From NCBI GenBank assembly GCA_012295275.1, contig CM022671.1, forward strand, positions 14,880,001 to 14,944,000: a stretch of 64,000 nucleotides of DNA, read 5' to 3'. Below the pieces are notes generated by a model, which worked only from the letters and a program-made list of their open reading frames with translations, was not told where the DNA came from and made no database searches. Origin of the DNA: Chrysomallon squamiferum (Eukaryota > Animalia > Mollusca). This document shows positions 1 to 14,251 of this stretch, one piece after another; position 1 is the stretch's first letter; every line of letters begins with the position of its first letter. The translations under genes were made by a program, and so were the position numbers.

Positions 1-13
1 TAACTGAATACAG

Positions 14-2743
14 ATTGGAAAATGCCTTGAGAAACTTTGCCTGTCTCACTGCAGGAGATGTAATAGCTATTAAATACAATGACAAAGTAAATCATTTAAA
101 ATCTTTTTTCCATGAAACCAACAAGTGATAGGAAAAAATCCATAATGATAATTACAGAGAAATATAAATTTTTTATGTTCTATTACTTAATATATTGTGG
201 TGAATAATTAATTATTATAAACATGTGAACACAATGCAATATCTGCCTCATCATTTGAGTTTGTTTTACAATTTAAATTTTTGTGTAGAGGAATTGGTAC
301 TGAACTTTAGTAGGATCGTTTTTAATTATGTAAATTTTGCAATATTTATGTAATTAATAAAAATTGATAATTATTCTGTAAATGCTGTGAAACTTATTTA
401 CCTTTTTTTTCCACATAAAGTGGTATAATAATAAAAACACATATTAAAAAAACATTTACTTTAGATATATGAATTGTGTGTCTTGGAAACCAAACCAGGA
501 ACAGCAGTTTCAATCATTGAATGTGACATGAATGTAAGTAATATAAACTCCATTCAAACAACGGATTAGATTCAATTCACTTTGTGTATGTGTATGAATA
601 TAACAATAAATAGGATTTTTAATTCTTTCCTTTTTTTAAATTTAACAAACAAAATATTTGTTTTCTGTTTTTATCTGTTTGGATTTAAAATTCTGACATA
701 TCAAATATAAAAATTAATGAAAAGAAACAGGCATATCATTTTTAATATTAATATGATTAAAAACACAGGAACCATTGCATTTGAAATAAGAAACTGCATT
801 TGTTATGGGTAGATGAGTAGCTTTTTCCATAGTCTCACAGCTGTATTTCATTTTCATCTTTAGGTTGACTTTGCACCCCCAGTAGGTTATCAAGAACCAA
901 AACATCAAAGACCTCATGATGCTACAGATTTGGAAACTGACAGTGCAGTAAGTTTGAACAATTTGAACCAAATAATCCTAATTTGTTAGTTCTTTTTTCT
1001 TCTTTTTTTTTCTTACTTATTTTTCAACATTGTGGCTATGGAATTAAGAACTCAAAATATGAATGCTACATCTGCAGATTCCAGAAGAATGGATAAGGAT
1101 TTTTTTTTCAAATAAATTTAGAAAGCAATAAATAAAATAATTAGCCCAGTATCACACTAGCATTTTTTTTTTACCAATGCATCATAACTTCAGAATTCAG
1201 ATGATTTGATATATATATATATATATATATATATTTAGTTTTACTCAGAGATATTATATCCTAATAACAACATGCTTATTTGTAGATGGTTGATCATGAC
1301 GAAAATGATATAGATGCAGCTTTTAAGGTGAGAATTGTAAAATTAATTGGTGGATATCAAGAAATAGATATATTTGACATATTTCTGGTTGTAAAAGGAT
1401 GAAATGGTAGTGTTAAAATATTGTGTAATAGTATTATTTTACTGTCATATTTTGTTAATGATAGGCTTGCCCAAAGCAATAAAATAATAACATGGAAATT
1501 TAAAGTCTACTTTTTCTTTTTTCTTTTTTTTTAATACATTTTAATAGATATATATATATATATATATATTTTTTTTTTGTAGGCTTTCAGTGGTCCAGGC
1601 AACAGATTGGATGGAAAGAAAAAAGGAACAGACTTTCAGTCATTAGCAGATGGAAGTGTGCCAAAACGGTATTATTATTATAAAATCTAAATTAACCCTT
1701 TAACATTCAAATATCTTCTCAGAATTGTATTTCTTTTTCTATCATTATAAATGGATGACTGGGTTGATAAAATGTTATAAAAATTTCGTATTAGTAACAA
1801 GTAGAGAGATGCACCACAATTTACATTTTCTAAGATCCTGCAGTTCAGTCATTTGTATTTGATTATAATAGGACACATACACACACCATAAAATTAATAG
1901 CTAAGATTTTTCAAATTTTCAAGATGATAAAGTGGTAAAAATGAATTATTAAATTTTCTTGATAGTTTTAAATAAATAGGATTATTCTGTTATGTGACCA
2001 ATTCACAATCATCAGCTGAATATGTATAGCATTTAATGTATAAATATTTTCATTATAGGCATCACTCTGTATCAAATTACACATATATGGATAGTTCATT
2101 TATAATTTGAAAACATTTTAATTGTTATCCAAAAATTCATTAATTCTCCTAGCCGTCATTTTGTTTAACGTATTATTTTTTGGCAAAAATTATAATAATC
2201 CTAATTATTATTATTCACATTTTTCAGAGGTATTCCAAACTACAATTATAAGAAAGGAACAATAACATTCATTCGAACAGTTCGTCCTGTTGCTAATGGC
2301 AATGCAGATGCGGTATGTGCTTTTTAGTTTTCTAGGTAACATATTCATGTTAATTGTGACTGAATTTGATTTTTTTTTTTTTTAAATTTCAACTGATATT
2401 TGTAGAATCAGCATTAGGATGAGAAATATAATAACAATTCATTCTAATTAGATAACATCTCAAGAATCTATGAATAGCCTCAGCTATTTCAGGTTTTAAA
2501 ATAAATACCTATTTAAAACATTCCTGGACAGTGTTTGGGCATTTATTAAATTTAACTAATTTTTCACCTTAATTTATTTACTTGATTTTTCTGTGAAAAT
2601 TATTATTTGTATACTTCAGCTTTATTCATAGAAGTTACAACAATTTCTGCAAATTTTACATTGCTTTATTTTAGGAAAAAGATGAAAAATTTGAAGCATT
2701 TTGTGGAAAAGGAGAATCATTAAGGAGGAAAGGAAGGAAATAG
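14..2743 (+). CDS. UFD1: Ubiquitin fusion degradation protein 1 (p97/VCP cofactor), 3' part; 7 coding exons visible (~14-86, 465-533, 864-947, 1286-1327, 1583-1668, 2228-2312, 2675-2743); 5' exons lie before the window
   Basis: Spliced translation [24 protein letters not shown]|[23 protein letters not shown]|[12 protein letters not shown]...[15 protein letters not shown] (SHP box)...[16 protein letters not shown]...[17 protein letters not shown] closely follows the human UFD1 C-terminal half. All junctions are GT-AG and phase-compatible. Confidence 0.95.
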
Positions 2744-2993
2744 TGAATTAATTTTTTTTTCAGACTGAATCCTTTGTTTATGAATGTGATCAACAATAAT
2801 GTAATAAAAACAGTAATTACAATATTTATATTAGCTGCTGCTTAACTCGAAAACTGTAATAATCAATACTTTTTTTTTCAATTAAATAATAGGAAAAACC
2901 ATTTGTTTTTTGTTGTTTTTGGCTTGTTTTTTTCAATCAGCTTCCAAAAACTTTTTTTTGTAATTTTTAACAATCACTTTCTTTGTTCTTAAT

Positions 2994-3032
<39 letters not shown>

Positions 3033-4040
3033 ATAAAAGTCTATACCTCTGGGCTTTAAATTGTTTTAGATTTTTTATTAAATCGTGATAAAAAAAAAAA
3101 AAAAAAAAACATTTACCGTTTTTCATTTCCTTGCTCTAAAATTGTTATTTCATTATTAACTACATTTATATATTGATTTTTAATACTATTAATAATAGCA
3201 TGGTTGCATTTTAAATCATATTTGTTTTTGACTATTTTCAATATTAAATCAATTTAACTGCATGTACAGTTTTTAAAATAGGGATATATTAAATCTAATG
3301 TCATAAATTAATTCAAAAACAGTTCAATCCTTAATTCATGTTCCTATGAATTTATACTTTTCAAAAATACAAGGCAACTGCTTATTTGATTTTATTTCAG
3401 AAATGTTTTGCACTGCCTACATGCATATATTCATAATCTGATACAGTAATTTAGTTAGGGATTTTAATCATTAACGTACTGATACCAAAAATATATTGCT
3501 ATGATGAAAAATAAATTTCTTTAATTTTACCCATGGTTTTTCAACATATTTGGACAAAAATATTATATATATCACTTACATGCAAAATGACACAAATGAT
3601 GGAATGTTGCATGATGTTCATTCAAGTAGTATTCACTACTATGAAACAAAAATATAATGTGTCCAGTGAGGTCACAAACCTGAATGTTTACCAATGCAGA
3701 AAATGTCAAAATCATTGACAAGCAACTAAAACTTCAAAATTAATATATTGACGTTTCATTTTACAGGTTTTTATTTTCGGTTGTGCAACATTCAGAGTAA
3801 AGGAGAATGTGGGTCTTAAAATTGATAAGTTAATTTGTTTCCTTAAAAATACGCTATTTGATACAGTCCCTTAGAGACACAAAAAAAACATTACATTCAT
3901 CCAGAGAAGAAATAACCAGGATGGAATTTGAAAAAAAAAAATTAATTTGTAAAATAGGAAATGAATGTTTAGAATTTAAAATAAAATCCTTATAAAAAAA
4001 AAAATTAAAAAAAGTAAGTCAGATTTAAACAGAACTTATT

Positions 4041-4844
4041 TTAATTATCTCTTTCTGAAAATTTCAGCTGTCTGTGTATTTCATACAAAATAATACTGCT
4101 GGCTACTGAGCAGTTTAAGCTGTTAACAAATGATGACAAAGGAATGGTTATATACTGTCCATAGAAATCAAATGCTAATTTCTTTGCTTCAACACTAATT
4201 CCATGTGTTTCACCTCCAATAATGAGAACAATGTTTTGATTCTGATATTTTATCTGGTGGTAAACTGATGCAGGTAATGGAACTTTTTTGTATTTGTCCA
4301 AATTCGTTTTGTCATCAGAGTCACTGTCTGTTTCATCATTTTCATAAAAGCTATCTTCAGAAGATAGTAGCAAATCTGAATCCACTATCTGCTGGTCTCT
4401 TCTCTGAATATTGTAATCTGTGTCGGCAACTAGAATCTGCATGTCACTGGACATGGAATTGATCAGCTGATCCCATGAAAGACTACTGAAAATTGGTATG
4501 TGGAAGTGACTGCCCATTCCTGCTCGAAGAACTTTAGGATCCCAGACATCCACACATCCTGAAATTAACAGCAAAAAACAAACAAGTCAAGCAACTTTGC
4601 AGTCTTGTTTAAATAAATCAAAAATTAAAAATTAAAAAGCATCTTTCTTAAGTCGTGCTTCAGTATTGTGACAAACCTTTAGTAGTAAGGATCTTCTGAC
4701 AACTAACTGCTGCAGCTGTTCTAATGAGTGTCCCCATGTTACCAGGATCACGAATGTTATCACAGATCACAGTTACTGGTAAAGCATTCTCTGGTATACT
4801 TATAGATCCTTCTTTTGGCATTTCAAATATTCCTATTATAAAAC

Positions 4845-4876
<32 letters not shown>

Positions 4877-7530
4877 GAAATTAAATGGCCTAAAATAACT
4901 GGATTACATTTATATTAATTTAACAAAATAAATATATCAGCTTCTAGTCAGTCATCTATTTATAAACATTGTCTGATCTTGTCTAATAAACATTTAGACT
5001 AGACAACATTAAAAAAGATAAAAAGGGTTTTAAAAAACAAAAATGGATTAAATTGAATGTGTTATTTCTGATTCAGATAAGATATAAAAGAAATTCAAAT
5101 TTAAGTTTAACAGAATCATTACCACACGAGTGTAATATTTATGCCTGGAATGTGACGCAAACCATACCCATAATACCAGGTGGCGTTTCAACATCAGACC
5201 AAAGCTTCATGTGTTGATAATGAACCTTATAGAGAGCAGCATCAATCAGATCAAGAGGCAGTCTGTTTAGAATGTCAATCTGACTGAAGTATATGCATTT
5301 AGCATTTGCTCCGGACCTGATAGCATCTGCAATGAGTCTATGTCCTTCAAGCAGAATGATCTGCCTTTTTCTTCTCTCTTTTCTTGATTTGGCTCCAATT
5401 ACCACAGATCTGTGAAAATCATATTTTTACTAAAGTTATAAAAAGCATAGATACACTTCAAGCTTACAACATAAAATTATAGGTGATTAATCCTAGAAGA
5501 AAAGTGACAAAAAGAATGTTGGTGTTATTTTAGGGAATACTGAAATTAAGGAAACCACGATTCTATGGACTTCAGATATAACAGAATTCCTTTAGATACA
5601 AATCCACAGAATTCTCTTCATTGTGGAAGTCATTTTTATTTAAAACAGGATTTGAAAGACCACATTAGAAGTGGGTGATCCGTGTCAATCAGTCACTCCC
5701 ACCAAGCACTGTTAGGTGTACTAGCATCAATCATGTGATGCATATCTTGTATCTGTGTGATTCTTAACTGATCGTGCTTGTTTATTTTTTCTAATATCCC
5801 AAAAAATAAAGAGAAACAATGGCACATTTACTTGTGAGAATATACTGACAGCATTTGGATTTATTTATATGTGGTACATTTCATGATCTATTTAAATTAT
5901 CTTTTTCAAGAAAAATAATGTGCTTTGCACTGATATGATATAAATCAGTTGATGTATTTATAAAAGAGGAATAAATTCTCTAAGAAAAAAGGAATTATTC
6001 CATTCAGATATTCAGAGCTGATATTGATAGAAAAACAAAACATTATAATATTAAAATACAATTTTTACTATCTTTGTAATATTACAAGATATTGCATATT
6101 AACAGACAACCTTTTCATTCCTTTAAAACAAGAGTCTTCAGAAGTTAAAATATAATTTAAAACACAAAATGTAATGTTACAAATTGAAAATGAAACAAGA
6201 ATTTTAATATGTTATTAATGTCAAAATGTAATTATTTCTGGAATACAAACCCAAATCGTTTATCACCATCTTTTAATATTTCAAAACCTGTGGGGTTTTC
6301 TCTTGTTTTTGAATGTGTTGTTCTTTCAGAATTATTGATATGAAAACTTTTATCAGATATCTTTGTCTTTATTGTTTTCATTGTTCTACATAGAAAAGCT
6401 TTCTGAAAATAAAAAATGAATAAATATACAAACAAACCATCAGGAATAAACTCTTTTGTCAATAAAATATTTTGTCTTCTAAAAGAACTTCTGAATCATT
6501 ACTACCTATTAATTAAAATATTGTTAATATATACTACTATACTGTTGACTCTCAATTTTATAGACTAATATGGGGGAGCACTAGTCCAGAAGATGCAAAT
6601 GTCTTCCAAATCATGACTGTAAAGATTAACCTAAAATTTACTGAAGCATTAAACATTACTGCACATAATAGCTTTGTAATACGGTAATATAATAATGTTA
6701 AGAATAATATTCAGACATTAAAAACAAGTAAAAAAATGTCATACAGTATAAGTAATGAAAAATATGCAGAAAAAAATTGGGGCTAGTTGGCGAATTTTGT
6801 TAGCTTTTTATTTTAAGTATTCTGTTTACTACATTAAAGCAGTGACATATAGCACAAATAAAAATATTTGCTGGGTTTTTGGAGGTTTTTTTGGCTTTGT
6901 CTTTTTTTCTTTTTTTTTTAAATTATCACAACTTCTGTAAGTTTTATAATTTTATAATATTTAAAGATATCTTCAAGTGTTTGGTCAATATCATATGCAA
7001 ACTGCCTAAATATTTCTGGAAAAATACATATTGACAGATTTTTCAAAGGTATATTTTTGATTTATATCCATTATCCACTGACCGTAGTTGTAACGTAAAT
7101 GCAAGAAATGATAAGATACAATATGAATATATGATCACGCTCATTTTCGATTACATCCTTGCGAGTACTCCGATCTCGTGGTGATAGCATGACTGCCTGT
7201 GTATTGGTTGTTTTTACAAGTTTGAAAATGCTATATAAGCTATGCTAGCATAAAACAAAAATTATTAGCAAAAGATAGACTTAAACTGCCAGATTACTTT
7301 TTAACTGTTTTCACTGAATAATAATATTATTAATCATTATTATCTTTCAATTTAATTTAGGGCAGTTTCGACAAATTACTTAAAAAGTCAACGTATATCT
7401 GGATTTCCTGAAATATTTAGGCGATCTACAAACTGTCTAATTTACACTTTGCTTGTAAAATATAACGTTGAATAACACTAACACAATTTGAAGAAAGAAT
7501 CGTTTTTCCTTTAATCGCGAGCGCAGACAT
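4041..7530 (-). CDS. MRM3: Mitochondrial rRNA methyltransferase 3 (SpoU/TrmH family); exons ~4041-4559, 4677-4832, 5169-5408, 6251-6402 and a tentative first exon ~7483-7530
   Basis: SPOUT motifs present: DNIRDPGNMGTLIRTAAA, WDPKVLRAGMGSHF, LIIGGETHGIS, VNSLNCSVASSIILYE; also IILLEGHRLIADA in the N-terminal substrate-binding domain. The first exon (MSALAIKGKTILSSNC|gttagt, phase 0 into KAFLCRTMK) is inferred and less certain than the rest. Confidence 0.88.
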
Positions 7531-8194
7531 TTTGAGCATACTTGTATTCGGAGAAAAGCGACAACAGCCGAATCATTAGTTACGACAACGAGTAGTAGAT
7601 GTTTCTCACACCCTAGCCGCTTCGACCCCAAGACAGTTTGCAACCAGAACTTAATCAGTTCAACACAGTTTTCGCACAAACCGGAGTATTAATTGATGGC
7701 GATTGTAAATTATAAATAATAAAATGAAATAAAAATAAGTTTTGTTTAAATTCCAAAAATTAGGTAAATATAATTATATTTTACAAAATTAAACGGAAAT
7801 TAAACAAATTATTTAAAAATGGATATTGTGAGTTTTTGGGATTCCTTGTGAAAGTATCTTTCTAGAAACAGCCACTTTAGCAAGAATGACCAATTCATTG
7901 TTTAGCTATGGTCATTTGAATGTTGTGGCCATGCCCGAAATGATCAAAACCAGTTAAACTGAGCGGTTAATATCTCGGAAACCACTTCTTCTATTAGCTA
8001 GAAAAGAAAATATCAACGTGTTCAGCCGTAATTACCCTAAATACAAGATTCATTAAAACTGGAGGTGATATTTCATCCACTGGTTGATTTGAATGAAATT
8101 ACTCTTAGATAATTTTAAGGTTATAAAAATGTTGACCCTTTATCTCACTACTATGCCTTTGAATTACAGAAGAAGAAAATAATAATAATAAAAA

Positions 8195-8227
<33 letters not shown>

Positions 8228-8935
8228 GTTGATTACATTATAGACCAATTTACATCAATGAATGATGCGACGAAGGTGCAGTTATAATGAGCTTCACTTG
8301 TATGTTAAAGCTAATTATTATTGAACACTAGTGCAATTTCAGTTCCTGTCATAATGTCTATAGAGACGCCCTTTCGGTACTTCTGAAGTTGTTAGTAATT
8401 ATGAATTTGTTCTCCAGAATTATTTCCAAGTTCATTCTGTTGTTTCGATTTTTTTTTTTTTTTTTCTTTGTTATATATTGCGGAGGTCGCTAAAGCTAAA
8501 AACCCTACAATTCATTTTTATTTTCATCGAGTTTGTGGTTTAGCTGGTATTTCTCATCGTTGATTCTTTACAGTAACTGCTGTTGTCAATAAAAGTTGTT
8601 TGCAGCATTTGATGATGTTAAAATAAATTTCAAATTTATTATTCAATTTATTGTTGTTGTTGAATGCTTCTTTGCGATATTAGTTGGTAAATATTTGTGC
8701 AAAAGCGAAAAGCGATATAAAGAAATGCTGAGTTTGGAGAGCTGAAGTCCGGACTTATCCTAGCACAAACCTCCCCACCTGCTTATCAGTCGTTATCTGT
8801 AAACTCTAGTGTATAGCCTGCAGTGCATGGTAATGACGTAGAATTTTATTCGAAGAAAAAAATTATTAATAAATTGCTCACGATTAAGAGATCACATTGT
8901 TCTTTTGCTAGAACAAATAAAACATCATAGGTAAT
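7531..8935. promoter_or_regulatory. Probable divergent promoter region shared by MRM3 (-) and GLOD4 (+)
   Basis: CpG-richer patches at ~7500-7700 and ~8690-8890, a TGACGT CRE-like half site near 8834, and a donor-like ATAG|GTAATT at ~8930. The GLOD4 ATG is preceded by acceptor-like polypyrimidine-AG, implying an upstream non-coding exon. Confidence 0.4.
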
Positions 8936-10361
8936 TTGTGCCATATCAAATAAATTTGCTTGTTTTTTTATATAATTTATATCGGCAATGTTGGTCCTCG
9001 AATTCGCATGTTCATAGTTTATTTTTGGTTTTTAACTCAAGGGAGATAAGTGGTTTTTAGAAATATGTATTTTTAATTGTTAAACGTTTATAAGCAGAGG
9101 TTGATGACGAATTTGATCAAAAGCAACAGCAACTAAATAAAAATTGACATGCAAGGTTTTTTTTTAATAATTAAATAAATGAAACTCATGCCTTTCTACT
9201 TTCGTATTTTAATTTAAAAGTGTAGCCTACACTACAGTCACAGTAATGATTAGGCAAGGTAAAAATAACGTTTCAATTTCAGTGACCATTTTTATATTTA
9301 TATTTATTAAAATATTCTTTAATATATAAATATATATATATACTAATTAGAGTTATTTATTTATTATAAATAAACTGCATTTATCAAAATTAAAAGAATT
9401 TTCTTCACTAAAAATGACATAACATGTTCAGCAAGATGTAATTTTTAATTTTTTTTACCAAAACTACTACTAATAATAGCAATAGTAATAATAACATTTC
9501 AGAGTAATGCAAAACAACTGTTCATAATCCCCTATAATTCTTTGTACAACATACCATTTCTATTACAGAAAGTACTGTTAAATGTCATAAATGGTGATGT
9601 TGCTTAATATAATTATACCAAATGATACATTGAAAAATGTGTTAAAATCAGCTGTATATTTTTAAAATAAAATTTTAAATAAATTCTAGATAATTAGTGT
9701 TAAATATATTTAAATAGTGTTAAAATTATAATGTTGTTAATTATGTTAATTATGTTTTCATCACATTTATAAACTGCTACCATATCTGCTGCTATTAATT
9801 TTAAAAATAAATATATAAATAAATTAGCTTTTTTCTTTCCATTTTGGTTAAATGAATATTGTTGTCAGCTTCAAACTGGTTGATGTAAAAAGGAACATAC
9901 CATGAGTCAATAAATTTTTCTATTTAACTTTTGCTTAATAAATGCAAGAACTGCCAGAACTTGCCAGAACTTGCATTTTATGTAAAAATATTAGTGTTAA
10001 AACTATTGATAAATCAACTGTGAAAAACTGTCTGGAACTGGAAAAAGTCAAAGGAATGAATCAAAGTTTGATACTGTAACCATCACACCTCAAGTCATTC
10101 ATTATACACCACTGAACTGCACTGGAATAAATTTATATATACACATATATATATACTTTTTTTTTAAATCCATGTGAATATTTTGCTATTGATTTTCTTT
10201 TTCTTTTTACCTGAGTGTAGTGAAGTATTTATATCAATAACATTTTGTTTCTCTTGCAGGTCTACACTTTGTTTAAATATTTACACTGTGTTACATCTGT
10301 TTTAATCTGTTGGTTTTTTTCTTTCTACAGTCACTTTGTTGTATGTGATTTCAGTTCTAAA

Positions 10362-10587
10362 ATGAATTCTCGACGTGCTCTCCACTTTGTGTTTAAAGTT
10401 GGCAACAGGACTGAAACTGCTAAGTTTTTCCAGAAGATTCTTGGAATGAAGGTTGATATTTCTTCTCATTTTATTTTTATTTTCTGTAAAATGTACATAT
10501 TAAATATTATGTTGTAATTAATTTTATTTGTTATTAGTAATAAATCAATAAAATCAAAAATCATGACTGCTGTTGCAAAGTAAGTGT

Positions 10588-10673
<86 letters not shown>

Positions 10674-10902
10674 GTATTTCTTCTTTTCCAATTCTTATCA
10701 TAATAGATTGTCCTTGAAATATGTACAAATGCAATGCATTGTTTATCAGTTAAATGTGCGTAGGTTTTGTGAGTGCAAAAAGAACATTTTTTTACTTTAT
10801 TTCATTTTCAGTTTCTCAGACATGAAGAATTTGAAGAAGGGTGCAAGGCAACTTGCAATGGGTAAATATCTGTAAGGCAGAAAAAGACTGTTACAACTAG
10901 TT

Positions 10903-10970
<68 letters not shown>

Positions 10971-12483
10971 ATATATATATACACACACACACACATATAT
11001 ATAAAACATATCCCATACCCACATATAAACATTCAGACAAAGTTGGGTTTTTTAATATGGATAAGCAAACACGAGATATATTCAGATTATATAATAAATT
11101 AGAAATGTTTCATTATCATAGATTAATTCTCAGCAGGAATATTCAAGTGCAATTGCCTATTCATTTTAAAAACCAAAAAATGGTATTTTTCAGGCCATAT
11201 GCTGGAAGATGGAGTAAATCTATGGTTGGTTTTGGACCAGAAGACAATCATTTTGTGATTGAACTAACCTACAATTACGGAATTGGTTCTTACAAACTGG
11301 GAAATGATTTTTTGGTACATTAACATGCATTCATCATTTTTAAAAGATAACTCTTTTTATTATTTAAAATAATGGGAGTTTTTTATTGTCTGATCAATCT
11401 TATTGCATTTTTTATTATTTATCTATTATTACTTGAGGTTTATGGGTTTTCTAAAAATTAAAATATTTCTTAAAACAATTAATAAAATTATAAATAGATT
11501 ATCTTTCCAATTACATGAAACAAATGGTGGCAAGATGGTTTTGCCTGCATCAGTGTATCTTGAATCATCAAATGAAAAACAATAAAATTTCTAAAATTTC
11601 TAAAATTACACATGAGTAATTGTTTTTTAAATTACTTATTGTGAAAAGAATAAAAAAAGTTATTTTATATTTTTATCAGGGTATTACAATCCAAAGTAAA
11701 GAAATAGTGAACCGAGCGAAGGCTGAGAATTATCCAGTGCATACAGAGAATGATATGACAGTATTGAAGTCTCCAGACGGCTACAGATTTTACATAGAAA
11801 ATAAAGAACCAAATAAAAATGCAGGTACAGAATATATTTTAGAAACTAGACAGCAAGGATTAGCTCTGGTAATTATCATATTTTGGATGGTTTTATGATT
11901 TTGTTTTTATTTGTAACTGTAAATAGAGACAGATGAAATTTTTAATGCCTTTTTTTCTGTATTTATTTTTACTTTTATATTATATTTTTTCTGAAATAGA
12001 TCCTGTTGTAAAAGTTGCTCTAGCTTCATCCAATCTCGAAAAATCAATTGGTAAGTCAGTTTGTGAATAATAAGATCTAAAATAGATAAAGCTCATCATT
12101 CTCAATATTTTATTTGATAATTTCATTAAATATATATTTTTAATAGTATTTTATTTATTTATTTATTATTATTTTTTTTTTTTTTTAATGGCTGTACAAA
12201 TCATTTCTCTATATCTTTAATTATTGCATGTGATCCAAATAATCGACTTGTTTTTAAAAATCTCTGTTTTCTTTAACATATTTATCAATAGAATATACAT
12301 ACTTTTTTCCCCATCCAGATTACTGGACACGACTTTGTAATATGAAGGTCTACTCAAAAACAGACAAGACAGCTTTATTGGGATATGCTGACAATCAGGT
12401 GAATTATATTTCTCTACAATTTATTAAATTTAGCTCTTTTTATTTTTCATAATTTTCATCTTATGGCCAATTCAATAATAACA

Positions 12484-12518
<35 letters not shown>

Positions 12519-14227
12519 ACATTAAAAACAATAATTTTATATGTCTACATTAAAAACATTTCTTTTTTTTTTAATTATTCCATTACATGATTATTCAATC
12601 GCTTTCTGTCTAAAGCTTTTAACAGATAATATTATTAATTCCATTATTAAATTAAAAGAATTTACAACTTAATTAGAATACAATTTTATTTGTTTAATTA
12701 CTATCCCACCATAATACAATTACATTAAATAAATAAATATAACAAGTAAATAACAGATATATGATAATTTATTTTTTATTTTATTGTCTTTCAGAAACAG
12801 CATAGCAATAATTATTTCACAACTATACAAATAACTGGTCTTGGGCCGTATCCATGGGATTCTGTGTAACTGATTTATATGTAATGATAATTTTTAAAGT
12901 GTTTATATCTTATTTTCTGTTCATAATTTGTTTTTCAGTGTAAATTGGAATTACATGATATAGGAAAGCCTGTAGACCATGGAACTGCATTTGGTAGAAT
13001 TGCTTTTTCATGTCCATCATCTCAGGTTTTTATATATACCTTTTTGTTTTACTAATATTTAGTATCAGGACAATTTTTCATTGCATCATAAATAAAATTT
13101 ATACATTCATATCTTGGAAATATTTTTATTCAATCAAAATATTTATTAAATACTGCCTAATTTATTTGATTTATTTTTCCATTTTTTGTTTTTGTTTTTT
13201 AAATTAAACATTACATATACTTGATTTTTTGCATTTTTAAAGTTTTCATTACAAACATGTTCAGTTGTATACAACTACTGTTATTAGTCACTTGTTTTGA
13301 ATTGTTTACATTCCTAGTTATAACTGTATAATGTTTAACTCTCTTTCAAAAGCTGGCAGAACTTGAGCAGTTGATGAAAGCTGAGAAACAGAAGATAATC
13401 ACTCCACTAGTCAGTTTAGACACTCCTGGTAAGGCCACTGTTCAGGTGGTCATTCTCGCTGACCCAGTAAGCATTGCAATTACATTTCTGAAAAAATACT
13501 TTCACAGAATGTTTAACCAAAAGTAGATAAATTTTGATTGGTAATTGAATGAAATCCCACGGGACAGAATCCTACAGAATTTGCCAGAAAACATGTCCAA
13601 AAATCAGCTTTTATGAAAAAACACACTTTATCAATCCACCACAGTTAAAATGATTAGTTAGTCCAGTATTCTGATTAATGAGTCGGCTTTTGTCAGTGGA
13701 ATTTTGACCTGGATACCACAGCTGTATTTATTTCACATTTTTCACATAGAATATGAGTTTCAACTAATATTTTCCTAACAATAAATTCAAATTCAGTAAT
13801 CAATAAACTTTCATTTCATTATTTGTAATTCAAATTTTGCACTTCTTATGGTAATAGTGATTTTAACTTTGTTTCAGGATGGCCATGAAATATGTTTCGT
13901 TGGTGATGAAGCATTTCGACAGTTGTCAAAAGTTGATCCAAAAGCTGAACAACTTCTCAGTGAAGTAAGAAAACATCTTTCGTTTTTAAAAAAAAAATTA
14001 ATGTTATTTTTCGTTGTTTTTGTTTTTATTTTTGTTTGAGATATTAATGCTGATTAAAACACTATTTGGAATTAATATACTTTGGAAGTAACAATCTTTG
14101 ATCAGAAGAATTTGTCATAGTCCATATACAACTGATGTGTTGTTATGTTTTTCTTTTAAAGGCTGTTTCCAAAGATAAGAGTGAAGAATGGTTTGCAAAG
14201 AAGGGATTAAAGAAAGAATCGGCCTGA
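10362..14227 (+). CDS. GLOD4: Glyoxalase domain-containing protein 4; 10 coding exons (~10362-10451, 10812-10861, 11194-11314, 11680-11824, 12000-12050, 12319-12398, 12938-13025, 13353-13466, 13878-13964, 14162-14227)
   Basis: [16 protein letters not shown]...LGMK|[17 protein letters not shown]|[39 protein letters not shown]...[22 protein letters not shown]|[17 protein letters not shown]...[11 protein letters not shown] matches GLOD4 end to end. Confidence 0.96.
10588..10671. repeat. (CA)n microsatellite in GLOD4 intron 1
   Basis: Uninterrupted CA run of about 84 bp. Confidence 0.95.
10908..11002. repeat. Compound (CT)n-(TA)n-(CA)n microsatellite in GLOD4 intron 2
   Basis: Directly visible dinucleotide runs. 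Confidence 0.93.
13540..13717. mobile_element. Possible degenerate MITE remnant in a GLOD4 intron
   Basis: Left end ggta..aaatcccacgggacagaatcc loosely mirrors the reverse complement of the right end (ggtatccaggtcaaaattccactgacaaaagcc). No clear target-site duplication (TSD). Confidence 0.35.
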
Positions 14228-14251
14228 GTGAACATCGGCCTGAGTCAAATA

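Noticed and set aside
4300-4400. Acidic low-complexity insert in the MRM3 catalytic domain (SSEDSFYENDETDSDSDD)
   Set aside because: As I recall, metazoan MRM3 proteins have a variable acidic loop at this position, so it is not distinctive.
5665-5745. GC-richer intronic patch with a possible hairpin (gtgggtga...tcactcccac), considered as a snoRNA or miRNA
   Set aside because: No convincing C/D or H/ACA box arrangement and the stem is short.
6540-6600. Tigger-like terminus (tactgttgactctc...) in an MRM3 intron, and transposon-like internal motifs at ~7930-8100
   Set aside because: No matching second TIR or TSD could be found by eye.
10466-11032. ORFs with CVCVCV, THTHTH and RERERE tracts (also at ~37162-37564, 52999-53590, 54798-55004, 62586-62795)
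   Set aside because: These are translations of microsatellites inside introns.
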